Shown here piece by piece: positions 36,750 through 47,227 of a stretch of 64,000 nt of DNA (position 1 is the first letter of the stretch; every line of letters starts with the position of its first letter). The notes below the pieces were generated by a model. The model was not told the DNA's origin. It searched no databases and saw nothing but the letters and a program-made list of their open reading frames with translations. This DNA comes from Bacteroidales bacterium (GTDB taxonomy: Bacteria; Bacteroidota; Bacteroidia; Bacteroidales; FEN-979), in the NCBI GenBank assembly GCA_016783905.1, contig JADHVQ010000002.1, forward strand, positions 6,599 through 70,598. Reading direction: 5' to 3'. The translations under genes and the position numbers were made by a program.

Positions 36750-39239
36750 GTGAACGATAACTTACAGGATTTTGCACAACAGCAACAGCAGGCTATTGAC
36801 TACAAGGTCATCTTATTCAAATTTTACCGATACTGGTATTTTTTCGCCATTACCATATTCATTGCCCTGATCATTGCTTTTGTCTTCAACAAGTACTCCA
36901 GACCCATTTACGAGGTCAAAACAACTGTACTGATCAAGGACAAGTCGGAAAACAAGCTGAATCCTCAGAATATCATGGGATTGGGCATGCTGAATAACAT
37001 GCAGAATCTCCAAAATGAGATCGGGATCCTGAGTTCCTACTCCCTTACATACAAAACAATATTGAACTGTAGTTTTGAGGTTGGGTATTACAGTGAAGAG
37101 AATTTCATCACCAAAGAGCTCTATAAATCCTCTCCGTTTACGGTTGAATTTGATTCCTCTTTCCCTCAACCGGTCAACATCAGATTCAACATTACCTTCC
37201 TTTCAAACACTGAATACCGGCTCGAGGTTAAGGATGAGAAGGTGAGCTTTTTCGATTACAAAGCAAAGGAGCCGGTTCCCGGCCGTGAAGAGAATATCTC
37301 CTACGATGAAACCCTGAGATTTGGGCAGGAAGCATTAACCGGTCAATTCAAATTCAAGGTCCTCCTGAATGCCAATTTCGATCCGGAAGAGGATTTGAAA
37401 AAATCCTTCTATTTCATCTTCAAGAATTATCCTTCACTCGTTACTGAGTTTAAAGCATTCGACATTGAACCCATTAACCGGGAAGCCTCCATTGTGGAAT
37501 TAACGCTGAAAGGCGGCAATGTGGAGAAAATAGCCGACTTCATAAATACGCTGACCAGTGAATACCTGGCGCGTGGACTTGAGCAAAAGAACCTGGTGGC
37601 GATCAGAACCATCGACTTTATCGATCATGAATTGAGCGGCATTGCCGATTCCCTGAATCTTTCCGAACGATCTCTGCAGTCTTTCAAAGCCTCAACCGAG
37701 ATCATGGACCTGGATCAAACCGCGCAACAGGTATTTGAGAAGATGATGGAACTCCAGGATGAAAAGGCTGTCATTTTTGTACAATCTAAATATCTGAATA
37801 ATCTGTTAACCTATATCAATAAAAACGAAGGATTAAACGAGATCATCGTTCCTGCATCCATGGGTGTTGACAACCCCATGCTCAATGACCTTACGATGCA
37901 GCTGACCGGCCTCTACAGCCAGAGAACAGAACGAGCCTTTTATTCAACAGATAAAAACCCGGCACTAAAAGCGCTCGATTCGCAGATTGAATCTACCAAA
38001 AACGCACTTGCGGAGAATATAAGAAGCGCGATCAACACCAACGACATTGCCCTGAAAGATATCAATGATAGGATTGAACTTCTCAATTCAAGGATCGGTG
38101 GACTTCCTGAAAACCAGCGTATCTTAGTTGGTATTCAACGAAAATACAAACTGGTTGATGCCATCTATACCTTCCTCCTTGAAAAACGGTCGGATGCCCA
38201 GATCACACAAGCGTCGAACCTGCCTGATAATGAAGTGATCGATGAAGCCCGTTTTGAGGGATTGAGCCCCGTCTTCCCGAAAAAGAGCCTGAACTACCTG
38301 ATCGCGTTGATCATCGGGATCATTTTACCGGTGGTTTATATCTTGGGGAAAGACTACTTCAACGATAAGATCATGGAGCGGGAAGATATCGAAAAGATCA
38401 CTCAGCTTCCCATTGTTGGGCACATCATCCATAGTGATAAAGAGAGCAAGATGGTGGTGGCCGAATCACCCAAGTCCTCCATCGCCGAGTCGTTCCGTTC
38501 GGTACGTACCAACCTGACATACCTGTTGCAGGGGAAAGAGAAACAGGTGGTCCTGATTACTTCCGACATGGTGAGCGCGGGCAAGACCTTCTGCTCCATC
38601 AACATGGCATCTGTCTTTGCGCTTTATGGCAAGAAGACCTTGTTGATGGGCTTCGACCTGAGAAAACCGAAGATCTACCAGGATTTTGGCCTGACCAACA
38701 CCGAAGGGATCAGCTCTTATCTCATCAATAAAAGCTCCATTGAAAATATCATTCAACACTCCGGAATTGAAAACTTCGATATCGTTATGTCAGGACCGGT
38801 ACCTCCCAATCCTGCAGAATTGATCGCCTCTGAAAAGTGTACTGAGCTGTTTGCCCGCCTGAAAGAGATGTATGAATACATCATCATCGACACGCCTCCG
38901 GTTGGTCTGGTTACCGATGCCTTCCTATTGATGAAGCATGCCGATGCAAACCTTTGTCTGGTTCGCCAGAACTATACCCATAAGAAGATCTTCAGCTCCA
39001 TCATCAAGGATATGGAGCAGCGGAACATCCCGAACCTGGCGATCCTGATCAACGACGTGAAACTGAGCCGGAACTCATACGGTTACGGGTATGGTTACGG
39101 ATACGGGTATGGCTATGGCTACGGGTATGGTTATGGATATGGCTACGGGTATGGTTATGGATATGGTTACGGATACTATTCCGACGATAAGGATTCGCAG
39201 AAAAAATCCGCATTCCAACGCCTCTTCAGCAAATCGTAA
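36750..39239 (+). CDS. wzc: polysaccharide co-polymerase / BY-type tyrosine autokinase (Wzc family) with a (YG)16YY tail
   Basis: GTG start. Two TM segments flank a coiled periplasmic domain. Walker A SAGKTF, Walker A' GFDLRKP, Walker B IIIDTPP. C-terminal Tyr cluster. Confidence 0.85.
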   Translation: MNDNLQDFAQQQQQAIDYKVILFKFYRYWYFFAITIFIALIIAFVFNKYSRPIYEVKTTVLIKDKSENKLNPQNIMGLGMLNNMQNLQNEIGILSSYSLTYKTILNCSFEVGYYSEENFITKELYKSSPFTVEFDSSFPQPVNIRFNITFLSNTEYRLEVKDEKVSFFDYKAKEPVPGREENISYDETLRFGQEALTGQFKFKVLLNANFDPEEDLKKSFYFIFKNYPSLVTEFKAFDIEPINREASIVELTLKGGNVEKIADFINTLTSEYLARGLEQKNLVAIRTIDFIDHELSGIADSLNLSERSLQSFKASTEIMDLDQTAQQVFEKMMELQDEKAVIFVQSKYLNNLLTYINKNEGLNEIIVPASMGVDNPMLNDLTMQLTGLYSQRTERAFYSTDKNPALKALDSQIESTKNALAENIRSAINTNDIALKDINDRIELLNSRIGGLPENQRILVGIQRKYKLVDAIYTFLLEKRSDAQITQASNLPDNEVIDEARFEGLSPVFPKKSLNYLIALIIGIILPVVYILGKDYFNDKIMEREDIEKITQLPIVGHIIHSDKESKMVVAESPKSSIAESFRSVRTNLTYLLQGKEKQVVLITSDMVSAGKTFCSINMASVFALYGKKTLLMGFDLRKPKIYQDFGLTNTEGISSYLINKSSIENIIQHSGIENFDIVMSGPVPPNPAELIASEKCTELFARLKEMYEYIIIDTPPVGLVTDAFLLMKHADANLCLVRQNYTHKKIFSSIIKDMEQRNIPNLAILINDVKLSRNSYGYGYGYGYGYGYGYGYGYGYGYGYGYGYGYGYYSDDKDSQKKSAFQRLFSKS
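39078..39179 (+). repeat. coding hexanucleotide repeat (TAY-GGN)x16 + TAC TAT encoding (YG)16YY
   Basis: Read codon by codon. Units 8-11 (39120-39143) and 12-15 (39144-39167) form a 24-bp duplication identical at 23/24 positions. Confidence 0.95.
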
Positions 39240-39330
39240 TCTCTGTTTGTTTCTCACAATAAATGGAAGAAAAAAGAGTTAACCTGAATATTCTTTTTTC
39301 TATTTCAATTTCAATTAACAGAACGCTTTC

Positions 39331-41664
39331 ATGAAGATACGACCCTACCTTTTCGTGCTGCTATTCCTATTTTCAATCGCACTTCCGGGCTTTTCACAGG
39401 AGACGCCCATTGGCCAATGGAGAGATGAATTGCCCTATTACCAGGTAATCTCTGTCACGGAAGCCGGTAATTACATCTATGCTGCCACTCCTTATGCTAT
39501 TTTCTACCTCGACAAAGAGGATAACAGTGTTCAACGAATGTCTAAAATTAACGGGCTTTCAGATATCGGGATTACCTCTATTGACTATAATAAAGAGACC
39601 AAAACAGTGGTGCTGACCTATTCCAATGCCAACATTGACCTCATCAGCAACCTGATGGTAACCAATATATCGGATATCAAGCGGAAACAGATTCTCGGGA
39701 ACAAAACCATCAATAGCATCTATTGTCATGAGAAATATGCCTACCTCGCCTGTGGTTTTGGGATCGTTGTGCTGGACCTGGAAAAAGAGGAGATCAGGGA
39801 CACATACTATATCGGACCAAACGGTAGTCCAATCAATGTATTATCCATCACATCCGACAATCACGACACCATCTGGGCCGCTACAGAGCTGGGGATATAC
39901 AAAGCCTATATAAAAGACCCCAACCTGGTGAATTTTGCTGCCTGGGAGCTTGATGCCCGAATGGAAACGACCCTGCGGTACAACACGATCACCTCGATGG
40001 GCGACAAGGTTTTTGTCAATAAATCCCGCACCACTCCAAACCGGGATACCATCTATATCCATAGCAACGGGAACTGGACCCCCTGGAATACGGAATTGAG
40101 TAATACCATCCATAAACTCCATTCCATGTATGACAGGTTGATCATCTCATACAACTACTTTGTCTATGCTTATGATCAGGATCTGCAACAGGTGTATTCA
40201 GTATGGAGTTATTTCCCCGGGGGACCTTACCCGCTGGATGCCGTTCAGGACAAAGACAACTGGCTGTGGATTGGCGACACCTATGCAGGATTAATTGCAT
40301 ATAATGTCACAGAAAGTTATTTTCACAGGTATGACCTCAGCGGACCTCTTACCGCCAGCGCTTTCAGCATGACCACCATGGGGGATGATTTGTTGATAGC
40401 AGCTGGAGGCCGTGATGGATCCTATGTCCCGATCTATAATACAGGGCAGGTATATAAATTTGATAATTCCAACTGGATCAATTTCTCCGGATGGAGCATG
40501 CCTTCAATGGCCGGGATCAACGACATAGTGATAGTCGCGATTGACCCACATGATGCCAACAGGTTTTACGCTGGCTCATGGGGGAAGGGATTGCTGGAGT
40601 TTTACGGAAATGAAAACACAAACCGGTATGGTTCCTGGAACAGCACCCTGGGTCACCATTCGGCCTCCGATACAGGCGATATCCGGGTAGGAGGAACGGC
40701 TTTTGACAAGGATGGCAACCTTTGGGTGGTGACCTCGCATACCAATCACTGCCTTTCTCTGAAACGTGGCAATGACTGGGAAGGATTTACGATTACCGAA
40801 GTGCAGGAATCGGATCTCGGACAGATGATCATCGACCGGTACAACCAGAAATGGATCGTCATGCGCTATGGAAACATGAATCCCAACTCCCTGATCGTCT
40901 TCACCGATAACGGAACACCGGATAATCCTGCTGACGACCAGGCCAAAAAACTCAGCTCCTCAGAAGGACATGGAAATATTCCGGGCACGATTGTGTTCGC
41001 CATTGCCGAAGATCACGATGGCGAAGTGTGGATTGGAACAGAGAAAGGGGTGGCGGTGTTCTACAGCCCTGAAAATATTTTCACCGGAGGGAACTATGAT
41101 GCGCAGCGTATCCTGGTGGAATATGGCGGATATTATCAATACCTTCTGGAAAATGAAATTGTGACGGCCATTGCGGTGGATGGATCCAACCGAAAATGGA
41201 TCGGAACCGACCGAAGTGGTGTGTTTCTCTTCTCTGCCGACGGAACAAAGGAAATCCATCACTTTACAGAAGCCAACAGCCCTCTTTTCTCCAACCGTAT
41301 CACCAGTCTGGCCATCAACGCCAACGGTGACGTGTTCATGGGAACCGATAAGGGTGTGATCTCATATCGCGGCAGTGCCACCCAGGGAACAGAAACCATG
41401 GATGATGTCTATGCCTTCCCCAACCCTGTGAAAGAGGGATATAGCGGAATAATCGGAATCAAAGGATTGGTAACCAATGGCCAGGTCAGGATTACCGACA
41501 TCAGCGGGGCCATCGTCCACACTACCAAAGCGGAAGGAGGCCAGGCTATCTGGGATGGCACCAATCTGAACGGGAAACGGGTCAAAACAGGAGTCTATCT
41601 GGTGTTTGCCAGCGACGAGAAAGGGAAAGAGAAAGTGGTGACGAAAATCCTCATCATCAACTGA
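39331..41664 (+). CDS. T9SS cargo: double beta-propeller (two-component-regulator-propeller-like) protein with C-terminal sorting domain, PorZ-like
   Basis: Signal peptide. N-terminal WRDELPYYQVISV...IYAAT...INGLS pattern. Size 777 aa. C-terminal YAFPNPVKEG...GVYLVFA...KILIIN (type A CTD). Confidence 0.55.
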   Translation: MKIRPYLFVLLFLFSIALPGFSQETPIGQWRDELPYYQVISVTEAGNYIYAATPYAIFYLDKEDNSVQRMSKINGLSDIGITSIDYNKETKTVVLTYSNANIDLISNLMVTNISDIKRKQILGNKTINSIYCHEKYAYLACGFGIVVLDLEKEEIRDTYYIGPNGSPINVLSITSDNHDTIWAATELGIYKAYIKDPNLVNFAAWELDARMETTLRYNTITSMGDKVFVNKSRTTPNRDTIYIHSNGNWTPWNTELSNTIHKLHSMYDRLIISYNYFVYAYDQDLQQVYSVWSYFPGGPYPLDAVQDKDNWLWIGDTYAGLIAYNVTESYFHRYDLSGPLTASAFSMTTMGDDLLIAAGGRDGSYVPIYNTGQVYKFDNSNWINFSGWSMPSMAGINDIVIVAIDPHDANRFYAGSWGKGLLEFYGNENTNRYGSWNSTLGHHSASDTGDIRVGGTAFDKDGNLWVVTSHTNHCLSLKRGNDWEGFTITEVQESDLGQMIIDRYNQKWIVMRYGNMNPNSLIVFTDNGTPDNPADDQAKKLSSSEGHGNIPGTIVFAIAEDHDGEVWIGTEKGVAVFYSPENIFTGGNYDAQRILVEYGGYYQYLLENEIVTAIAVDGSNRKWIGTDRSGVFLFSADGTKEIHHFTEANSPLFSNRITSLAINANGDVFMGTDKGVISYRGSATQGTETMDDVYAFPNPVKEGYSGIIGIKGLVTNGQVRITDISGAIVHTTKAEGGQAIWDGTNLNGKRVKTGVYLVFASDEKGKEKVVTKILIIN

Positions 41665-42389
41665 TGCTTTACAAAACCAGGGGGATTGTCCTCCATTCGG
41701 TCAAATACTCAGAATCCAGTTTAATTGTTAAAGTCTATACCGAGATATTCGGATTACAATCTTATTTACTGAAAGGGATCCGAAGCCAGAAAGCGAAGAC
41801 CAAACCTGCCCTCTTTCAATCCTTATCACTACTCGACATGGTTGTTTACCATAAAGAGAAAAGCTCTCTTCATCCGGTGAAAGAGGTGAGGCTGGCAGCA
41901 CCTACCCATTCGATCTCTTCGGATATCCGAAAAAGCTCTATCGCACTGTTTCTGGCCGAATTGATCTACCGGACCATCCGTGAAGAGGAGGCAAATACCG
42001 CCCTCTTTGAGTTCCTTTGGAATGGGTTCATTCTGCTTGATGCAGTCGAAGAACCTTTTTCAAACTTTCACCTCCTTTTTGCCATTAAACTCAGCCGGTA
42101 TCTGGGATTTAAACCCCAGGGAAACAGGAGTGAGTACAACCGGTTCTTCCATTTACGGGAAGGTTCCTTTCATCCTCTTTATTCCTCCCCGGATGCCTGT
42201 CTGGATGAGCAAGAGAGTGCCTGGTTTTTTCAACTGATTAAAACAGATCTGGATCAGCTTTCCCAGCTTTCTTTTCCGGCGAAGGTCCGATCCAACTTGT
42301 TGGATAAGATCCTGCTATACTACCGTTTCCATCTTCCCGGATTCAAAGAGATCCGGTCGCATGAGATCCTCCACACAGTACTCTCCTGA
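41664..42389 (+). CDS. recO: DNA repair protein RecO
   Basis: [26 protein letters not shown] (OB fold). Length 241 aa. The ATG overlaps the upstream stop (TGATG). Confidence 0.85.
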   Translation: MLYKTRGIVLHSVKYSESSLIVKVYTEIFGLQSYLLKGIRSQKAKTKPALFQSLSLLDMVVYHKEKSSLHPVKEVRLAAPTHSISSDIRKSSIALFLAELIYRTIREEEANTALFEFLWNGFILLDAVEEPFSNFHLLFAIKLSRYLGFKPQGNRSEYNRFFHLREGSFHPLYSSPDACLDEQESAWFFQLIKTDLDQLSQLSFPAKVRSNLLDKILLYYRFHLPGFKEIRSHEILHTVLS

Positions 42390-42412
42390 GAATACGATTC
42401 ATCCCTTTTCCG

Positions 42413-42420
42413 TATCTTTG
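42413..42420 (+). promoter_or_regulatory. candidate -7 box TATCTTTG, 15 nt upstream of the lysS ATG at 42436
   Basis: Exact TAnnTTTG match inside the recO 3' end. Supports the shorter lysS start. Confidence 0.4.
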
Positions 42421-42435
42421 CGCAAATTTTACTCC

Positions 42436-43953
42436 ATGGAACATTCATTGTCTGAACAGGAACAGATACGCAGGGATTCGTTGCAGGAACTGGTGAACCT
42501 CGGCATCAATCCTTACCCTCCGGAGACCTTTGCAGTGACCGTGACTGCAAAGGAGATCAAGCAAAATTTTCCTGACGACAACACGCTGTACCAGGATATC
42601 AGTATCGCCGGAAGAATCATGAGCCGCAGAATCATGGGCGCGGCCTCTTTTGCTGAAATTCAGGACGAGACAGGAAGGATCCAGATCTATGTCAAACGGG
42701 ATGAGATCTGTCCTGACGACGATAAAACACTTTACAATATAGTCTTTAAACGTCATCTTGACATCGGAGATATCATCGGGATCACTGGATATGTATTTAT
42801 CACTAAAATGGGTGAGATCACCATTCATGTCACCTCTCTGAAACTTTTATGCAAATCGCTGAAACCCCTTCCGATAGTCAAAGAGAAAGAGGATACCCTA
42901 TTCGATGCTTTTACCGATCCCGAGCAACGGTTCCGCCAGCGGTATGTTGATCTGATTGTGAATCCGCACGTTCGTGAGGTCTTTGTCAAGCGAACCCAGC
43001 TGATCAATTCGATGCGTAATTTTTTAAACGCCAAACGTTACCTGGAAGTCGAAACTCCTGTCCTGCAACCTCTTTACGGAGGTGCTGCAGCGCGACCCTT
43101 TACTACCCATCATAATACGCTCGACATGATCCTCTATCTCAGGATTGCCAATGAGCTGTATTTGAAACGGTTGATCGTTGGGGGATACCCTGGAGTCTAT
43201 GAGTTTTCCAAAGATTTCAGAAACGAAGGAATGGACCGGTACCATAATCCGGAATTTACCCAGATGGAGCTCTATGTAGCTTATAAAGATTATCTCTGGA
43301 TGATGGATCTGGTAGAGGAGATGGTGGAACAGATCGCTTTGGATCTGCATGGAAAGACAGCGATCCGGGTTGGCGATCACCTGATCGATTTCAAGCGTCC
43401 CTGGAAACGGTTTACCATGTATGAAGTCATTCAACACTACACCGGGGTGGATATCTCCGGGATGAATGAGGAGGGATTGCGCAAAACCGCCAAAGAGCTG
43501 AATGTGCCGGTGGACCAGACCATGGCGAAAGGCAAGATCATTGATGAACTCTTCGGGGAGAAGTGTGAACCAAACCTGATCCAGCCCACTTTTATCATGG
43601 ATTATCCTATTGAGATGTCCCCCCTGGCCAAAAAGCATCGGACCGAGGATGGCCTCGTGGAGCGGTTTGAGTTAATCTGCAACGGGAACGAGTTGTGTAA
43701 TGCCTTTTCAGAGCTCAACGACCCGATTGATCAGCGGGAACGGTTTGAAGCCCAGTCAGAGCTTAGCAAGCGTGGTGACACCGAATCGATGGTGCTGGAT
43801 GAAGATTTCCTGAAAGCCCTGGAGTTTGGCATGCCCCCCACAGCAGGCATGGGGATCGGCATCGATCGGCTGACCATGATCATGACCAATCAGTCCTCCA
43901 TCCAGGAAGTGCTCTTCTTCCCGCAAATGAGGCCCGATAAACGGTCTACCTGA
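42436..43953 (+). CDS. lysS: lysine--tRNA ligase (class II)
   Basis: [24 protein letters not shown], class II motifs [17 protein letters not shown] and GMGIGIDRL. Confidence 0.92.
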   Translation: MEHSLSEQEQIRRDSLQELVNLGINPYPPETFAVTVTAKEIKQNFPDDNTLYQDISIAGRIMSRRIMGAASFAEIQDETGRIQIYVKRDEICPDDDKTLYNIVFKRHLDIGDIIGITGYVFITKMGEITIHVTSLKLLCKSLKPLPIVKEKEDTLFDAFTDPEQRFRQRYVDLIVNPHVREVFVKRTQLINSMRNFLNAKRYLEVETPVLQPLYGGAAARPFTTHHNTLDMILYLRIANELYLKRLIVGGYPGVYEFSKDFRNEGMDRYHNPEFTQMELYVAYKDYLWMMDLVEEMVEQIALDLHGKTAIRVGDHLIDFKRPWKRFTMYEVIQHYTGVDISGMNEEGLRKTAKELNVPVDQTMAKGKIIDELFGEKCEPNLIQPTFIMDYPIEMSPLAKKHRTEDGLVERFELICNGNELCNAFSELNDPIDQRERFEAQSELSKRGDTESMVLDEDFLKALEFGMPPTAGMGIGIDRLTMIMTNQSSIQEVLFFPQMRPDKRST

Positions 43954-46024
43954 TGACGACCATCCGTTTGGATTGCACCCAATCTTTTGTTTTCAAAGAA
44001 TAGATGTAGACACCTCCCGGGACCTTGTTGCCGGATTGATCCAGTCCATCCCATGCCACGGTATGGTTCCCCGCCTGGATGACGCCATCCAGAAGAGTAA
44101 CTACCCTGTTCCCCAGGAGATTCCTTATTTCAACCGCGACCTTTCCTGTAGTGGCAAGGGTAAAGGGGATGGCGGTGGTCGCTGTCACCGGATTGGGGTA
44201 ATTCTGGCCCAACCGGCCTGAAGCTCCTGCCAGGAGCTCCCCGTTACCTGTGAGAAGGCTATCGTTCACTGCAATGATCACACGAACAGTTCCCACCGTA
44301 GTAGTAATCTCCAGGGTATCCAGGGTATAACCCGTAAACAGCTCGAGCAATGGCAGGTCTACCCTGACCCGTAGCTCCGTGGTATCGTTTGGATCCAGGG
44401 AATAAGGGGTGGGGGGAACTGATCCGATATACCAGGCAAAAGCCGGATTGAAGCCCTCCTCCTGAATATCGGTCACCGAAATGGCTGTACCGGTAAAATT
44501 ATTTAACACCGTAACCTTCCCCTCCAAGCACTCCTCGGGTGTGTTGAATTTCACGGTATCGGGAATAGCCGTGATGTTGGTATAGATGGTGTTGAATTGA
44601 AACGGATCCGGCTTCCCGATGTACGGTGCATTCGCATGCCGTCCTGAATGATCGGCAGCGGTCAGGTAATAGTCGATTGTATTTTCCCCGGGTTGCTTCG
44701 GAATGATGCCGGAGTAAAGACTAGCTGATGTGTTCGACATGTTAGTGGTTATCCAGCTGCCGTTGTTCACCCGGTAATGAATGAGAACAGAATCATTGAT
44801 AACCGTGGTATCACTGCAAACGATCAGTTCAGCATCAATCACATAATCCTCTTCGCAGGGTTGGTTCCCAAACAGGGGATAGTGCCTGATGAAAAGTAAG
44901 CCAACATCGGCAATCCCTTTTGCGCGACAGTGCAATGCGTCAGTCGGCTCCCAGGGTGTGGATGGATTCCCCAGAAAGCCGATGACTTCATAGCCCGGCA
45001 TCGCCTGCTGGTAGACGGTCAGGGCGCTGTCGTCCCAGGTGCTGTTCATGATGGGGACCAATACCTTCTTATTGAGGATCAGAGAATTTGTATAGGGCTG
45101 ATTATTTGGCGTATAGGCTCTAAAGACATTGTAGTTATATCCATAGGCACAGGGCTCGGATTCCCAGTAAGCGGCTGCCTGTTCAATGTAAGAATACTGT
45201 GGATGGGTGATAGGAACGGATCGCACCAGGATCTTATCGGGAGCCAGAAATTTCGCCCAGCAATCGATGTGATCAATATAGGTGTTATTGGGATCGGGTC
45301 TAACATGATACGTAGTGATTCCAAGGTAATCAAGCACCTTATCTGCTATCTGCTCATGGGTAAACTGCAAATTTTCTTCCCACACCAGTGTGGTGGAGGC
45401 AGAGTTGCCATACCCATCGGTCATGTAATTGCCCCCGGTATGAACCAGGTTCATTCCAAACCAGGGGATTCCCAACATATCGGCTACCTCTTTCGGGATT
45501 TCATTATCCAATGGCCGTGGACGGTTGTACGGGAAATCCACGATCCCGATCTGGTTGGAACTGTCCGATTCAAACCAGGGACCATAATCCCGGGTCCAGT
45601 AGGAGTTAGAGCCGGCAATCAGAAAATTGCAATGACTGGTATCTATGCCGTTGGAGATGTACAGGTTGGTCACCGAGTTTTGTTGGGATGTGCTGTTGAC
45701 AATGGTAGTAACCATGATCTCCTCTTCGGCCATTTCCTTGATCAGGGCCATCGGGATTCCGAACGGATAACGGATCAGGACTCCCTGCATATGGTCAAAT
45801 TCTGCTACGTTGCGGATGGGAGAAGCAGGCGGATCAGTCTCCACAAAACCCAAACCGATCTCATCGAGACGGTTCATCTCATCAGGAGTAAGCCAGTGGG
45901 TGAGTTTTCCCGGGGATTCAGGAGCGTCCTGAGCGAAAGCATGGACTGGCATAATAGCTGAAAGGGCAAATGACAGGAGGGCTATAAGCACAGCTCCCGG
46001 TCGGGTCAGAGGTTGTATTATCAT
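43946..46024 (-). CDS. secreted agmatine-deiminase/PPAD-family (Porphyromonas-type peptidylarginine deiminase) protein with Ig-like region and T9SS C-terminal domain
   Basis: Signal peptide. [33 protein letters not shown] and catalytic-Cys context [11 protein letters not shown]-terminal NYPNPV...GVYIYSL...MVVIR. Confidence 0.7.
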   Translation of the reverse strand: MIIQPLTRPGAVLIALLSFALSAIMPVHAFAQDAPESPGKLTHWLTPDEMNRLDEIGLGFVETDPPASPIRNVAEFDHMQGVLIRYPFGIPMALIKEMAEEEIMVTTIVNSTSQQNSVTNLYISNGIDTSHCNFLIAGSNSYWTRDYGPWFESDSSNQIGIVDFPYNRPRPLDNEIPKEVADMLGIPWFGMNLVHTGGNYMTDGYGNSASTTLVWEENLQFTHEQIADKVLDYLGITTYHVRPDPNNTYIDHIDCWAKFLAPDKILVRSVPITHPQYSYIEQAAAYWESEPCAYGYNYNVFRAYTPNNQPYTNSLILNKKVLVPIMNSTWDDSALTVYQQAMPGYEVIGFLGNPSTPWEPTDALHCRAKGIADVGLLFIRHYPLFGNQPCEEDYVIDAELIVCSDTTVINDSVLIHYRVNNGSWITTNMSNTSASLYSGIIPKQPGENTIDYYLTAADHSGRHANAPYIGKPDPFQFNTIYTNITAIPDTVKFNTPEECLEGKVTVLNNFTGTAISVTDIQEEGFNPAFAWYIGSVPPTPYSLDPNDTTELRVRVDLPLLELFTGYTLDTLEITTTVGTVRVIIAVNDSLLTGNGELLAGASGRLGQNYPNPVTATTAIPFTLATTGKVAVEIRNLLGNRVVTLLDGVIQAGNHTVAWDGLDQSGNKVPGGVYIYSLKTKDWVQSKRMVVIR

Positions 46025-46054
46025 GATGATCTGGTGGCTTGGTGATACTCGCCG

Positions 46055-46062
46055 CAAAGATA
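46055..46062 (-). promoter_or_regulatory. candidate -7 box TATCTTTG, 30 nt upstream of ATG 46024
   Basis: Plus strand reads caaagata. It overlaps the ORF-track start at 46057, which favours the shorter start. Confidence 0.4.
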
Positions 46063-46177
46063 ACGGTTTCTGATAATATTCAAACAGGCATCAAACATCA
46101 CTCATGTCGCTGATAAAGAGATCTCTAACCGGTAATAACTTCTTATCGGGGGATTGGGAAAATGATAAAAAAGCCTC

Positions 46178-46185
46178 TATTTTTG
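46178..46185 (+). promoter_or_regulatory. candidate -7 box TATTTTTG, 16 nt upstream of ATG 46202
   Basis: Exact TAnnTTTG match. Confidence 0.4.
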
Positions 46186-46201
46186 CTGTAAAGCCTTGAG
46201 C

Positions 46202-47056
46202 ATGAAGAAGAAGGTGGCTGTTGCCCGTCTCTCTATCGTATCAAACTCCTTACTGATCATCATGAAATTGGCGGTGGGGGTAATCAGTGGCTCGGTCAGT
46301 ATCATCTCAGAGGCGATTCACTCGTTCATGGACCTTCTGGCTGCGGTGATCGCATTTCTCTCCGTTCGGATCTCCGACCGGCCAGCTGATTCGAAACATC
46401 CCTATGGCCATGGTAAGTTTGAAAACATTTCCGGAGTGGTTGAGGCCGTCCTCATTTTTATAGCCGCCTTCTGGATCATCTGGGAGGCAGTGAAGAAACT
46501 GATGCATCCGGAGCCGATCGGCTCCATCTGGATCGGAGTGGTAGTGATGGCTGTTTCAGCGGTTGTCAATATACTGGTATCCAGGAAACTATATAAAGTT
46601 GCCCGCGAAACAGATTCTATTGCACTGGAAGCGGATGCACTCCATTTGAAAACCGATGTCTATACCTCCATTGGCGTGGCCATTGGATTGGGTTTGATCT
46701 GGGTAACGGGATACCATTTCCTGGATCCAATTGTAGCTATCCTGGTGGCCCTGTTAATCCTGAAGGAGTCTTATCAGCTCTTCCGGAAAGCATACGGCCC
46801 CCTTCTCGATACCGCCCTGGTGGAGGAGGATGTCCAGGCCATTGAGCAGTCCATCCGGGCACATTGTCTGGGAAAGATTGATTTCCATAATCTCCGGACC
46901 CGTAAGGCCGGGAATTACCGCTATGTGGATTTCCACCTAAATGTGCCGAGGGATATGACCGTGAAGGAGGCGCATGACCTCTGTGACCAGGTTGAACAGG
47001 ACATTAAAAAGCTGTTCGACTTCATGGAGGTGACTATCCACGTCGAACACATCTGA
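46202..47056 (+). CDS. cation diffusion facilitator (CDF) family transporter
   Basis: TM2 HSFMDLLAA and TM5 HLKTDVYTS metal-site motifs, C-terminal cytoplasmic domain. Confidence 0.85.
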   Translation: MKKKVAVARLSIVSNSLLIIMKLAVGVISGSVSIISEAIHSFMDLLAAVIAFLSVRISDRPADSKHPYGHGKFENISGVVEAVLIFIAAFWIIWEAVKKLMHPEPIGSIWIGVVVMAVSAVVNILVSRKLYKVARETDSIALEADALHLKTDVYTSIGVAIGLGLIWVTGYHFLDPIVAILVALLILKESYQLFRKAYGPLLDTALVEEDVQAIEQSIRAHCLGKIDFHNLRTRKAGNYRYVDFHLNVPRDMTVKEAHDLCDQVEQDIKKLFDFMEVTIHVEHI

Positions 47057-47118
47057 GAAGATCCATTCGCCGGTGTACTTTTTCCCGTTGAAGTACGTTT
47101 GAAATTGCATGGTGATTA

Positions 47119-47138
47119 ATTAACAACCTGTTGTTAAT
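47119..47138. promoter_or_regulatory. near-perfect 20-bp palindrome ATTAACAAC-CT-GTTGTTAAT; candidate dimeric regulator site
   Basis: 9-bp arms are exact with a 2-nt spacer, which is too short a loop for an RNA hairpin. Lies 40 nt upstream of the mltD-like -7 box. Confidence 0.3.
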
Positions 47139-47178
47139 CAAAAATCAAAACCACCCGTTACCTCTCTATCTAATCCCA

Positions 47179-47186
47179 TAATTTTG
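47179..47186 (+). promoter_or_regulatory. candidate -7 box TAATTTTG, 41 nt upstream of ATG 47228
   Basis: Exact TAnnTTTG match. Confidence 0.4.
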
Positions 47187-47227
47187 CATGAACCCGGTGT
47201 AGTTAATAGTCCAAAATCCTGCCACTG

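Noticed and set aside
39075-39282. ORFs 39091-39282 (+) and 39075-39257 (-), with repetitive TGM/ITI translations.
   Set aside because: These are alternative-frame readings of the (TAY-GGN)n repeat inside the Wzc gene.
44930-45961. A 343-aa plus-strand ORF antisense to the PPAD-like gene. Similar long antisense ORFs occur at 43024-43638, 50620-51243, 57117-57710 and 7895-8530.
   Set aside because: All are mirror frames of confidently identified genes and have Arg/Gly/His-rich nonsense-like composition. None has independent start or promoter evidence.
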